A stretch of DNA of 64,000 bases, taken from the NCBI GenBank assembly GCA_002633005.1, contig NMRA01000072.1, forward strand, positions 733,957 through 797,956. The letters run 5' to 3'. A model generated the notes under the pieces. That model ran no database searches. It had not been told where the DNA came from and saw only the letters and a program-made list of their open reading frames with translations. Source of the DNA: Phoronis australis (taxonomy: Eukaryota; Animalia; Phoronida). Positions 48,713-62,100 of this stretch are shown here, piece by piece (the first letter of the stretch is position 1; each line of letters begins with the position of its first letter). The translations under genes were made by a program, and so were the position numbers.

Positions 48713-48718
48713 AATAAA
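48713..48718 (+). terminator. Candidate MRPL57 polyadenylation signal
   Basis: AATAAA about 300 nt after the stop at 48407. Confidence 0.45.
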
Positions 48719-51700
48719 CAACACATTGTTTAGCAATCCTGTTAAGAGTTGTAATTTACTGCAGTGGCATTGTTAAATGGGAGTTGCATTTAATTAAATT
48801 AAAAATCCCTGATTTGGCCAAAAAGCAGCCTAACTGGCTCTGTTCTGCACCTGAATCATAATATGCACCCCGCGGTTTAACGGAAAGAGAAGGGTACTAC
48901 TGAGAGAAAAAGAAAAATTGCAATGCTGGGGTGAAAAGGGGCCCTTCCCACTTCAGATGATATCATGTAACTTTTGTGAACATGCAGAGGGCTAAAAATA
49001 GTGCAACACGGCATCAATTTTCAGAACAACACAGTCCAGAATCTATTACGCTACTTTCTTTAGCCATGGAAAAATATTTTTCCCCGGCCCTCTACAGCAA
49101 TTAGTGACATGAACCTCCCTGTATCATGCCTTCATTTCATTTGTACATTCACTTCTATTCACCAGACACAGTGACTGACATAGGCTGTGTTCAGTAGTGC
49201 GTCAGTCATGATGTTTAAACCATGAAAGTGAATGCAGACATTAGATGGTTGGCCATTTATGTCACTTGTCTATTGTTGCATGCATAGCTGCAAAGGTTCA
49301 AACAAATCGTAATTGGTGCCGAAAATTAAGTTAGCCAGGGATTTTTACTCCAGGCATAGAGAACATCAAAACGTTGCTTTCCTGCCAGAAACCTTTGTAT
49401 GAACTGCAACCACAGGGAAAGCGATGTACAATCATGTGATAGATAACTGGAGTCAACTCTGACTGTTATTCTGTCACTACTTCATCAGTAAGCTGTGAAG
49501 CATGCACACAGATTACACTAAAATCTCATCACTACAGGACACACTATGGCCGACAAGTGAAATTCTATTTTATCACTTTTCTATGAAAGATATGTCGCTC
49601 CAATTCTGAATACTTTTCTGTGTTCAAGTTCTAGGACTAATACTTTGAAGAATATGTGGCCTTTCATAACAATGTTAGAAGCACTTGAAAACTAAAAAAG
49701 TGCGAATTTTTTCTGAAATTGGTGACATTTTACTGTACTGTGTTCGGAGTACAGGACATGTTTTTGACATACAGGCAATCATTGCTTCAGAAATTGTTGT
49801 TTGTAGCCGTTGAGCAAAATATTTAATAAATTTGAGAAAACTCTTGGAATATGAAATATCAAACAAAAACATGTTCAGAAGTCCTTATGATAAGTGCAAG
49901 CTTAACCGGCTCTCAAATTTTCGACATTCAAAGTCAGATTTTATTTGGGCCTCGACCACAATCCCACCAGAGGTGATCAGTGTTTTGAAAAGGGGGATAG
50001 TTCTAGCCTGAAATGGTGTAGATGGTGCTCGTTTTGAGGCATTTATCACCCAGAAGAGGGATATCGCTTTTATTTTTTTACAATTTTAGGCCCAGTCATC
50101 CTTTGGTAAGATTTTGGTTTTGTTTTGTTTTTTGCAAACGTTTTATTTGATGTGGGCCTTGAGTCCACCAAAGTTTTCCAGTGAAATCTTAGTCTGGTGG
50201 TGCCAGGTCCTGTTTTCAAAGAAGCAATTCAAAAAATAAATCTTGGATTGCCACTAAATTTTCACATTTGGGAGTCTATTGAGTTCTGGTGAAGTTGGAA
50301 CTTAACAAGCTCTGACTTTTCTTGGTGTTTACGGGGGCATTGGCCAATATGTCATTATAACTGACCCTGAGCATTTAAAATGCGACCACTTACTCCTTTC
50401 GTTGACATAACTAAAATGGCACCTTCCATCACCTGTCTATGTGCTTGGATCGCGGTTGAAGCAATGCAAATAACATATAACCAGTTCCAAGTTTTGACAG
50501 TGAAATGAAAGCGCTCTGACGTAGCTACACATGGCAAATTCGACTGAATCCACTGTTGCCACGGACACTCAACAACACGGTCAATGCCGCCAGCTACATC
50601 GACGTCAGCATACTAATGCACCCACAGCAATGACAGAGTCGTCACTGACGACGTTGCTGTCATGAAACCATCACCAAAACAAACATGATTTCAGAAAGAT
50701 CTGTCAAGGGACGCCGGCACTAGAAATCAATCTATGTCCTGGCAAAATCTAAAATAACTCGAGAACAATAAGTCGAATCGAAGAGAGAAATGATGAAACA
50801 TTTTAGATTGCTCTTTACGAGATCAAGATAATTGTTTTAAAGGACCGCAAAATATAACAAAAAAAAAACGGTAAAGCGCCATCTTTAGCACGATTTCACC
50901 CGAAAATAATTTTCCTAGAGCTTTTAACGAGATGCTAGTTAATTTCATGTCGATCGGGCGAAATAATGTGACCTGTAGCATGCATAAAGCAAAAGTTCAC
51001 GACGACGGCAACATACTTGGTGAAATTTCGTTACACTAAAAAACAAACTCACTTTACGACAGACTGAGAGCATCAAACATACGTGGCAGAATTTAATTTC
51101 GCCAAGCAATGAGAGTAAGCCAACTCTCTCGATCGCCGGGGAAATTTTCAGATAATTATAACATGGAATAAAGAGTCCTGCAGATGAGATCGAGTACAAA
51201 TGTATTGAATTTTCTTTATTGATACGAGATGCTCTTCTAATAACAACGTCAGACGTAGAATACGCTGGACATGTGATAAAACTTAACAATGAGGATCAGT
51301 GACCATGGGCGCACCCAGAGGGTCTCGGGGGAATTGGACAAAAAGTTCCGCCTTCACGAAACAAAAAGTCCGAGCAAACGATACAAAAGTCCACAGGAAT
51401 TCGGCGCGGATGCACAATTCGTCGGCGTGAACCTGGTGGGGTACAGTTTTTTTTTTTAGTCGTTGATTTCTTTTCCGTAAAATTGGTTCGCATTCTACCG
51501 AAAAATTTGAGCCGAGCCCTGTATTTTAGGCTGGGTACGCGCATGGTGACAGTTGCCTTCCACCGCTATCGGTATGTACTGATGGGATGTTGGGTTGACG
51601 TTGGAATACTGAGAGAGACCAGCCTCCCATTCAGTAACACTGAGACCTTGCTAAAAAGCAAGACTTTGCGAGATTACGTGAGATTTTGCCGTGTATTTTA

Positions 51701-52079
51701 TATGAGAGCATGCGACTTTGGCTACATTTTAGCTAGGTCTAAGCGTTACTGAACGCACGCCTGGTTTCCATCATCGCGTGCCAATCTCGCTCAGGTAACC
51801 AGTCCACTACGACGTCGTCTGTCGATCTGTGCGTTCACCGTGAAGGTCGTGTTCAACGCGTGTCCATCTCGCCTATTTGTTGAGTACAACCTAGGAACCA
51901 GGTACAACCTGTCTGACTTTTCTGGATCGACCTAATATGGACCTAATATGGCCTAAAATGCATGCTTACTGTATTGTCGTTTCTCTAAGACAAGAGCATG
52001 TCAAGGCTTACTTTGATCAACCTACATGCAGAGACTTCTCATGCAGCTGTTTCGAAATTATCTTGACGTTTCCCCTGAC

Positions 52080-53100
52080 TATCTTAAAGATAATGGATAA
52101 TCTAAAATTAAAATCCACTACAGACAGTGATGATCTATTATGTTTATTTATCAAAAATACTCTAACTTCTTATGCAAACCAATTTCTATGATTATAAGCC
52201 AGTCCCTACGCACAGGTATTTTCCCAGATGCTTTGAAGGTACCTAGGGTAATCCCTATTTATAAAGGTAATGACACCGACAGTCTGCGCACAGGTATTTT
52301 CCCAGATGGTTTGAAGGTAGCTAAGGTAATCCCTATTTATAAAGGTAATGACACCGACAGTAACTCCAACAGACCAATACCTTTTCTACAATAATTACCA
52401 AATTTTCTGAAAAATTGTTCATGATCAATTAGTCTATTCATATTTTTCTCATAATAATATTCTGTACAAGTCCCAGTATGGTTTCAGACCCAACCACTCC
52501 ACTGAACTCGCGGCGACTGAATTCGTCCACTCTCTTTACAAAATTTTAGACAACGGGTTGGAACCCTATTTCCATAGTTATGGATCTTTCTAAAGCCTTT
52601 GATACAATCGATCGCGATATCCACCCCAAAAATTTAAAACACTTTGATATAACACTATGGGGGTTCCAAAATTGTATGAGATTGAAACTTTTGCAGAAAA
52701 AAAGCTTTCAGAAATGTTAACAATTCTTCGCTTTTTTGCTCACAGTCCAATTTGCAAGGAAATCGGAAAACTTCTTCTTGACGACGTATTTAACCAAGCT
52801 TTTCTAAACTTCCTTTATGAATTGAAACATAATCAATTGCCCATTTACTTTTATGATAACAACTTTTTCCAGTTTCATCAGTCACCAAGAGATCTTCCTA
52901 GAATATGCAGTCAAGAATCCATCTTAAAACTACTCACCTACAACAGAAACAGTGAAAATTCATTAATGTTTAAAATTCCAAATTTAATAAACAACCTCAT
53001 CCTTCTGAGATATGTAACAAGGCAAAATCGACACGCATAGCTTACATAGGTTCTCCATCTATTTTAAAAAATACATATTTTAAGCACTTACAGCTCTTAG
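52080..53100 (+). mobile_element. Degenerate CR1/L2-clade LINE ORF2 (reverse transcriptase) fragment
   Basis: KPISMIISQSLRTGIFPD.LKVAKVIPIYK, QYGFRPNHSTELA, MDLSKAFDTID, then C-terminal ...AHSPICK; frameshifts and loss of the central RT core; AT-rich 3' tail to about 53820. Confidence 0.88.
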
Positions 53101-53242
53101 TGCAACGTTTTTTGTTGTGGGTGCTCTAATTGAAGTAACCGTGATCACATGTCTTACATCTTAGACATATGCTTTATAACCGTACGGTTTCCCTTGTATC
53201 CATAGTCCCTGTGTACAAATCATTGTAAAATTCGTTTAATTT

Positions 53243-53599
53243 TTAAAGCATGAAAATTCTAAGGCATCCAGTTGAGAAAACAGATCAAGTTTGGAGTCTA
53301 GTATTGGAATAAAAACTAATACAAAAATTAGCGACGTTACGTCCGCATCTCACGGACTTCAGCTCTGAGGAGGACTGGTTCAAAAGGGGTGTAAAGGAAG
53401 CTCTCCATGAGCGCATTGAAAGTCCCTCTTTAAATGAAAGAGGCGGTTTACGATTCGATTTGCCACACGTAGCCAAAGCGCCACTAATTGGCCAGAATAA
53501 TGATAACGTCACAAGACAAGCTGAAGTCCGTGAGATGCGGACGCAACGTCGCTAATTTTTGTAAGTTTTTATTCCAGTATTAGACTCAAACTAGATCTA
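53243..53599 (+). mobile_element. Penelope-like element fragment (GIY-YIG C-terminus with inverted terminal copy)
   Basis: 53367 onward reads EEDWFKRGVKEALHERIESPSLNERGG, the PLE GIY-YIG C-terminal pattern; ~80-bp inverted repeat 53282-53364 / 53519-53598; 10-bp direct repeat cgtttaattt at 53233-53242 and 53600-53609. Confidence 0.75.
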
Positions 53600-55301
53600 C
53601 GTTTAATTTACTTTTTTAAATAATGTTGCATTGTATTTTATGTCATTGCACATGTACTTTGTTCTGTTGTCGGATTTTTTTGATCTTAATTGTTATTATC
53701 TATTTAATTCATTTGTTACTCGGTCTTCAGCTAACTTGAGCGGCCCGTGCCTTCGCTGGCCACCCAGTCACATAACAATGTATGTTTTTATATGATTTAA
53801 AAAGCAAATGTTGCTTCTTTCCNGCAAAGACGACGTAACGGGACAACGTCCGTCGTTTGATTCGACAGCTTTCATTCAAATATGTACATGTTATATTTGG
53901 AAAACGCGGACTTACACTTCACGAGATGGGCAATGAAAATCCGTTCAAGCTCATTGGCGATTTCGGGTGTCCAATGCAACAGATATTTGATGTCCGTGCA
54001 CGACTGCATCGAATTTGTATTGGTACCTGGTTGCTGTGTTTCTTGTCAGTTAATTTTCTGTGGATCTGGTTGGTAACGAAACCCCTTTGCCAGGTGGTAG
54101 TTATAACCGTGTCAACAAACTCGTTGAAGTGTGACAGTTTTATTACATCAGAATGGCAGATCGTATCTGTGATATTCATCTTCCTTTCTTGTCAGCGGCC
54201 ACAGGTAACACATCTTGGCAGGCCCGTAGGAAGGCAAAAATTATTGTGGGAGCACAAACCATTTCGACTTTGCGGATACGACACCCCCCCCCCCNCCGCC
54301 ATATTTGTACCGAATCTCCCACGTCCGCCTTAGGTGGGGGGCGCAGTGGTGGACTTAGGGGTGGCCAAGGGCTTATGGTCCCCTAAAATAAAATTCTCCC
54401 ATATTCCATTTGGCAATTCGGGGGTGCGAATTTCTGACGGATAAAACCCTGGCTAATACTCTGAACTACCCCCCCCCCACAACTCAAAATCCTGGATCCG
54501 CCCTTGCGACAACCTCGGGGATGAAGCCATCAAGAGTTAAGAAACCGTGAACCAACACGGAGAGAGTAAGAATGGGCGTAGGACCAGTACATTGGCCGAT
54601 AGGGAGGAGCTGCCTCACGTAGCTATAGCTGAGATCTAACAGTGTGAAAATACGAAATTCGGGATGAACTAAAGCTAGTTGCTGGTCAGCTCAGCTGTGA
54701 TTCACTTGAGACCGACAGCTCGTACCGGCCGTCTGCGCTCGCTCTAAGGCCAAGATTCGTTTTATTGTGATCCAGTTTCAGGAAAACTTTATTTTATTAT
54801 AGTCATTCTTTGAAGGAGTTTTTTTTTGAAAAGGTGATGTCCCGAAGTCCCTGGTATAGTGCCTTTGGGGCTGTTTCAAAATGCCTACATTAGTTGAAAC
54901 ACAACAGGTAGTCCAGTTTCTGGTGGCTGGGGAAAAGGATAGTGTGTCCCACAAATGTGCACATTTCCTGAACGCCTGAAACTCAAATTCAGTTTCCGTG
55001 GATCACTGAGATACTGCGCGGGCCTACTGCAGGGTTACATCTTATTTTTAATGTGGGTACGTTGGTCATGACCTGCACGCGAATCAGGACAAGCAATCAA
55101 TTCAGTTTTGAAGAACAAAAATTCATTGCTCGATACTGGAAACTAAAAACATCAAAGAAGTGCAAAGACAAACTTTCCAACCAATGAGTTTAATTTTATT
55201 TATTTAAGGATTTTTATAACGTTGGGGGCCCGTGCCTGCTTAGCGTAATCGTTACAAACTCGATCACATTGAAATAATCTTCAGTAAACTTCACATTACA
55301 G

Positions 55302-55335
55302 CATAGACTATAGTACATGTTGTCTATAATCTATG
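55302..55335. mobile_element. 34-bp palindromic P-element-like remnant with 7-bp TSD
   Basis: ATTACAG|CATAGACTATAGTACATGTTGTCTATAATCTATG|ATTACAG. Confidence 0.6.
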
Positions 55336-56758
55336 ATTACAGTTATTCAAAATTTGAGCCTTTCCGACTTGTGATATATGCCAGTGACAGATCTAGGATA
55401 TCTTAAGGGGGCCCAACATTTTGTCTCGTAAACAATCGCCCAGATTTTGTATTTGCTTATAAAAACAAGCATTTTCCTTGATTTCTGATGTATTATCAAA
55501 GAAAAAAAATTGAGAATATGTTCATAATCTATTGTTGCACAGTGTCAAAGGGCCAGACGACGAAAACGGAGTGGTAGTGCGCAGCGCCACATGTCGACAG
55601 GAGCGGCATAGTTACCGTTACGATTGTGCCGGTTGTCTGAATAGGACACTTGAAATCGGGTCTGAGTCCCCCCACACACACACACGCACATAAACTAAAT
55701 ATCCATACATTGTCAAATCTTGTTTCAGTCGTATAATTTTAATTACCGGGATTAATTAATAAACTGAATATTTCCTTACGATTTTGCTGTTTTATTTTAT
55801 TTGCGTCCGCCAAAGGGGAGAGCTGCTCCCCCTAAATGCGCCTAATGGCTATATATACTACAATTACAGTGCTGGTGTTGTTAGTACGAAATAAAAAAAT
55901 AATTTCGCATTACAAAAGCTGTTACTATAAACATAAAGGAACACACAACAAAACTACCTGAACACTTAGTCTGATGCGGTCAAGTAAAATTTGATTACAC
56001 TTTACAGTTGAACATTCTTGTTTACATTCGAATATCGTGTATGAAATACCGGTACGCAAATAAAAAAAAATTTCTATTCCATTGTAGGCGCAAAGACTGA
56101 CGAATGTCTTATGAAACTGGACCATCGGTCCAATCAAAAGCTACTAATTATGCATTAAAGAGGCCTGGAGCGCGATAAACAGACTAAATTGCAACATTGA
56201 AAGTGGTTCTCTGCCATTGAAACAGAATTCAACCAGATCACCAGGTATTTTTTAGGGTTTATTCGCAAAGATTTTTAATTTCTTTTGATATCAAAGCGTT
56301 TCCTTTTAGTTTCAATTTTCAAAAAACGATCTGTCAACTGCTTGCCACTTCGTTGATATTTCTTCCTCAAAGGCAAAGCTCGTCTCCCTATTTGGAATGA
56401 CATAGCACATTTCACTTATATGGAAAATGTGACCTTTGACCTCAAACGACTTCAAGCACCTGACTGAGCGTATGCGCGTATTTATCATAAGTGGGAGGGG
56501 GATTAAAAACTCTGTGATAACCACAGTTTTTCCTTCGCGCGCATTTCAAAAATCGTGAATTTTGTGATTTTTTTCTGGAAATTTTATCACAAGGAAAAGT
56601 GAATTATTCTGTCTGTCACATGTTGTTGCCAACGTACAAGTGTAGGCCCTACTCCAGCCAATCCAGTGCGTGAACCCACGCGTGGGCACCACTCCCGAAA
56701 GAGAACAGCGACAGTCCTAAATGAAAGAGTATGCCGGGGGCTTGGCTCTGTCAAGCAT

Positions 56759-59700
56759 CAGCCCAGAGCACTTAGGATAGATGAACGAGGTACCAACATC
56801 TGACCACGGGAGCATTTAGAGTGAGTGCACCTCAGCCTATGTACAGAAATGGATTTCTCACTAGAGTCCCGACGTTGTGGGCACTCTGCCGTGTGACCCC
56901 TGGGGGCCTTGCAAACGGCCCAAAAATGAGCTAGATTAGATATTCGAGGTACCAACCAACTAAAAAACTGATTTAAAACGAACAATAGCACCGCACTGAA
57001 CATCGAATGACCCATGACAGACAAATTAGTGCACTCTGGACTGGGTCCGGCAGAAGCCCGCAAAAAGGACCCCCAAAAATGAGCTAGCACATACATTCGA
57101 GGTACCACACAAAACCAATTCCATATGATTCAATACATGTCACAGATCACTAAATGCCCTATGACAGACAAATTACACTCTGGATTGTGCCCGGCAGAAA
57201 CTCCCCAAAATCTCAATGACCACGGTATGCCATCAAAAACTTGAGCTAGACTAGATTTTCGAGGTACCGGCCAAAACTGGTTTTAAAAGAACAATAGTAC
57301 CGCACTGAACACCAAATGACCCATGATAGACAAATTGCACTCTGGAATGGGTCTGGCAGAAACCAAAAAAGGGCCCCCCAAAAATGAGCCAGCACATAGG
57401 CCTACATTCGAGGTACCACACAAAACCAATTCCATGAGGTTCAACACATGTCACAGGTCACTAAATGCCCTATGACAGACAAAATACGCTCTGGATTGTG
57501 CCTGGCAGAAACCCTCAAAAATCTCAACCACAGTATATGCTATCGAAACTTTAAGGTATACATTAGATACCCGAGGTACCGGCTAAAACTGACTTAAAAC
57601 CAATAATCGTGCCGCACCAGATGACCCATGACAGACAAAAATTGTGCTCTGAAAGGCGTTCGCCAGAAACTCGATTACACCGTAAAAGGAGCTAGGTCAT
57701 CTTTCGGGGTACCACAATAAACAATTCCATGTGATTAAATAGATGTTACTGGTTACCCAATACCCTATGACAGTTAAAACCCAGTGTGGGTTGTGCTCGC
57801 CAGCCCCAGTGAGAAATCTCAACTACCAGTAAGTAATTTTGAAAATATATGACATATTAGATGATGAGTTTATACTTCTGCGTCTACTGAGCTCTCACAC
57901 TGGTTGTCAAATGGATGATGGCGGAGAGTAAGCATTTTGGAAAGTACCTGATAACAGTAAAACTTAGAGATACCAGGAACTGTCTAAAACCAACCCACTC
58001 AGTGAAGTTTAAGAACGCAGATTGTGTAAAATATAAAACGCTATCAAAACTGCCAACAGAAAAGATACGTCAGCGACAACATATGGCCCCTAAATTTGCG
58101 CTTGTGAGATCGAGGAACCACGAAAATTATTTCCAAAGAGCCCTTTCATCCCATTGACTACTAAACGATACGTTGAATGAAAAGTAACAGGGCTGACGTG
58201 TTTTTAAAGACCTTCTTTAATCAAAATAAACTACATGAAATAGAGCAACACTTTCAAGCAGCATAATAACAGATAATTAAAATCACTGTATCGACGAGAA
58301 CATCCAGCTACGTATATATGTTTAATGTCAACAGTAGTTTCCTGTTAGTTTTAATGCGTTTCAATACCAGATTCGTCATTGCTACTCCAGCTAGACTCGG
58401 GCTCGCTTGTTTCGCCATAGCCCATTTCCTCTACCTATTGATCGGTTTGGTTTTCTTGCAAAAGACCAGCACCTTCAAAAAGGACATCAGGAACGGCAGA
58501 TCCACAAAACCATTCGAGAGTGTAGTATGCATCTTGTACTTTCCAACCGTAGGTAAGAGGATCCAAACCGGATTGGCCGAATCCCCTTGATCCTAGAGCA
58601 AGGCAACATAATGGGCTTGTTTGAGCTTTTTTCAATAGTGTCTTTCGGCAAGGAGGAAGCAATGCGCAGTCAATCTTCTTGATGTTGGACATCGGCTTTT
58701 CCTGAAATAAATAGTGAGAAAATTTATTGACGAGGGACCAATTGTCTAAAAGCTGACGAACAAAAACATAAAACCTCACCACCATTTTACTGTATGACGT
58801 GAAACTGGACCTTTTGGTTTAATACTATGAAAACATTTGAAATTATTTTCGTTGCTTTTATGAACTATATTTTATCAATTATAGTTATTAACTTGTTTAT
58901 TTTTCCGGTCATCTCGATTAATTTCAGATATCTCGCTTCAATGACATCTTTGACTCCTCCCTTCACGAAATAGGAGGCATGTGTATTCGTCTAAAGTAAC
59001 TTTCTTCCGTCTGGGACATCTACGCTTATTAACTCTGAGAAGAAGCTGATAAGTGTCCCAGATGAGTCTTTCATCAGGATTTCCAGAGGCCTCACTTTCC
59101 CTTTCCTATACAGTGCTGCTGTGACGTCACTCCCTGTCATTGCATGCAGACCAGGCAATGCTGCAGCGAGACCCCTTGTTACGGAAACACGTCGTTGTTT
59201 ACATGTTTATTTAAATAGCATTGGGACTCCACCGCGTGGCTGCGCACCAAATTAGGGGTGATTTGTATTTTATCACGGAGGACATTATATCGGCCATCGA
59301 CAAATGACTCCGCGAAACTAAAACACTATACCCTACACTGAATTTTGACATCATGTAAAAATTTCTTCAAAAACTTACCAATAGGGGAGTTAACTGTCTT
59401 ACATCCTAACACCCTTCTGCTTTTCGCTTCTTCTTGTGATCATGAGAGTAAACAAAGGCTTCAATGAACGAAAGTTTTTGTTTCCTGCGGTCACATTTTT
59501 TGCAGTTAACTTATTAAATACACCACTTTTGTCACCAATTTAGAATATATGTACTTCGATTTCCATGGTGCAATTTTTAACATCTTGTCCAGTTGTTTGG
59601 GTTTCCCACCCGAGTATTTGAACTAGCAGGAGGAAGCTGCATGGACAATTGTAGCTCCATTTTTAAGGTCCTTTCTGGGTTTCTGGCCGCCTAATTCCGG

Positions 59701-60851
59701 ACTAAAATTTGTCTTTCACGGGTCATTGGGTGTTCAGTGCAGCACGATTGTTGGTTTTAAATCAGTTTAAGCCGATACCTTGAAAATCTAACTGTCTCAA
59801 AAACGGCATACCGTGGTTGAGATTTTTGAGGGTTTCTGCCCGGCACAATCCAGAGTGTATTTTGTCTGCCGGTTATAAGGCATTTAGTGACCTGTGACGT
59901 ATTGAATCTCATGTAATTGTTTTTTGTGTTACCTCGAAAGTATGTGCTAGCTCATTTTTGGGGGGTCTTTTTTGGTTTCTGCCGGACCCATTCCAGAGTG
60001 CAGTTTGTCTGTCATGGATCATTCAATGTTCAGTGCGGGACTATTGTTCGTTTTAAATCAGTTTTGGCCGGTACCTCGAATATCTAATCTAGCTCAAATT
60101 TGTTATGGCATACCGTAGTTGAGATTTTTGGGGGTTTATGCCGGGCACAACCCAGAGTGTATTTTGTCTGTCATAGGAGTTTTAGTGATCTGTGACATGT
60201 ATTGAATCACATGGAATTGGTTTTGTGTGATACCTCGAATGTATGTGCTAGCTCATTTTTGGGGGGTCCTTTTTTGGTTTCTGCCGGACCATTCCAGAGT
60301 GCAATTTGTCTGTCATGGGTCAGTCGATATTCAGTGCGGTACTATTGTTCGTTTAAAATCAGTTTTGGTCGGTACCTCAAATATCTAGTCTAGCTCAAAA
60401 TTTTGATGGCATACCATGGTTGAGATTTTTGGGGGTTTCTGCCGGGCACAACCCAGAGTGTATTTTGTTTGTCATAGGGGTTTTAGTGACTCTGTGACAT
60501 GTATTGAATCATATGGAATTGGTTTTGTGTGGTATCTCGAATGTATGTGCTAGCTCATTTTGAGGGGTCCTTTTTGGTTTCTGCCGGACCCATTCTAGAG
60601 TGCAATTTGTCTGTCATGGGTCATTCGGTGTTCAGTGCGGTACTATTATTCGTTTTAAATCAGTTTTGGCCGGTACCTCGAATATCTAGTCTAGGTCATT
60701 TTTGGGCCCTTTGTAAGTCCCCCAGGGGTCACACCCAGAGTGCAGACAACGGCAGACCGTCGTCCTTTTCTGTACATACTGAGGTGGACTCTAAATGCTC
60801 CCGTGGTCAGATGTTGGCACCTCGTTCATCTGTGCTAAGTGTTCTGGGCTG
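56759..60851 (-). mobile_element. Non-autonomous Academ-like DNA transposon (XPG/FEN-type nuclease relic) with ~1.1-kb repeat-rich TIRs
   Basis: Termini CAGCCCAG...CTGGGCTG; 56759-~57830 is the reverse complement of ~59640-60851; minus-strand relics ALPGLHAMTGSDVTAALYRKGKVRPL (~59170-59090) and IDCALLPPC...DPLTYGWK...LEWFCGSAVP (58435-58785) with stops and frameshifts. Superfamily assignment is from remembered motifs. Confidence 0.6.
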
Positions 60852-61869
60852 CCGGTCTAAATGGTTTATTTGAAAATGAACATATTAGATTCCCGGCGGT
60901 TATAAAAGACCCGATGCTTTACGATATACCCCGAGGTCGATGTAGTCCAGAACTAATATTTTCCTGTTCCGATGTTTCCTCGGGTCAATGTTCCCTAGGC
61001 CGTAGCCAACTGTTACAACTAAACGGGCAGTTTCGAAACTGTGGTCAGCGAACTTTTTATTCTTCTCTTCATACACCCCCCGCCAATTTTTCGATCCCCG
61101 GACCACGCCGTAAAAACTTCAGGCCCTAATAGAAAGAATCTTGTTCCGCCTGAAGTGGGCAATTAAAAACAAAATTATTCCGGGTGGCTAAAAAGATACA
61201 ATGTAGGTGGTAGCCAGAAAGTCACCTCCACTAGATGGAGTTTGCCCGCAAAATCGTATTATAATAACATTTCTTACTATTGCAGTCTTTCAATGTCTTA
61301 TTAACGCAAACACTCAGGTTAGTGCTCACGCATGCACCTACTCCCTACCTTTGAAGTTTCTCATAATAGGCGCTCACTTCTCTGCTAAGCGTTCCCACTC
61401 AATTAAGCTCCACAGTTCAGGATAGCGCCCATCACAGCGCACTACAAACGACTGCGCGTGGATTAAAATTGACACGCAGCCTATATTGTAAGTCACTCTC
61501 ATTTTACTCAACAAGAAATTCAGTTTTCTGAAAAAAAAACGTCTTTTCTCAATATGTAAGCACCAAAACCCGGTTTGCTTTATACCTCCGAAAGAAAGTT
61601 AACACTAGTGACATAGGTGTCGTTTTGTGACTGACCTATTTTTCCCTTACATGGAAGGTATTGATGAGCAAACTCGAATTGAAAGCCGCACGGAGTTGGG
61701 AATTATTTCGAGGCTTTGACATTTCACGGAAAATTAATTGTTGAGTACGTAAACAGCATAAGTCTCACATTTTTGTTTTGAAATTTGCTCTGAATTTTTT
61801 CCACGTCACTTGGCTAGGGCAACGGTTGTTTTTCAAACGTCGAGTCAAGTTAAGTTCCAAAGTTTGGGT

Positions 61870-62100
61870 TGCGAATAAAAAAATGGAAGGAGTTTGCACT
61901 CGGAGTTACTTTGGATCTTTAACGATGACAGCCATATAGCAGGTCCCACCTAGCAAAATCGCGGATTCTTTTCCAACGTGTATTTTCTCCCTTTTCACAT
62001 TGTAAACTTAGCTACTCGAAAGCACGTGTCGGTTAGAGAGTACTGACTGAACTTTCTCGTCGGCAACTAGCCATGCGCTCTAGAACCTTTCAATGGCGGT
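61870..62100. repeat. Interspersed repeat shared with ~7680-7930
   Basis: aaatgga(a)ggagtttgc... and ttagctactcgaa..cacgt..cggtta.agagt occur in the same order at both places. Confidence 0.5.

Noticed and set aside
50625-50665. Nested palindrome gtcgtca-c-tgacgac
   Set aside because: Short; likely the centre of a decayed palindromic element whose ends I cannot define.
53857-54333. Longest ORF in the track (158 aa)
   Set aside because: Non-ATG start, lies between and across N gaps (53823, 54295), no recognisable domain or splice partners.
56758-60873. Paralogous-looking ORFs MVPRMYVLAHF (56758-57108 -) and MVSRMYVLAHF (60529-60873 +)
   Set aside because: Chance frames in the two inverted arms of one transposon, not a gene family.
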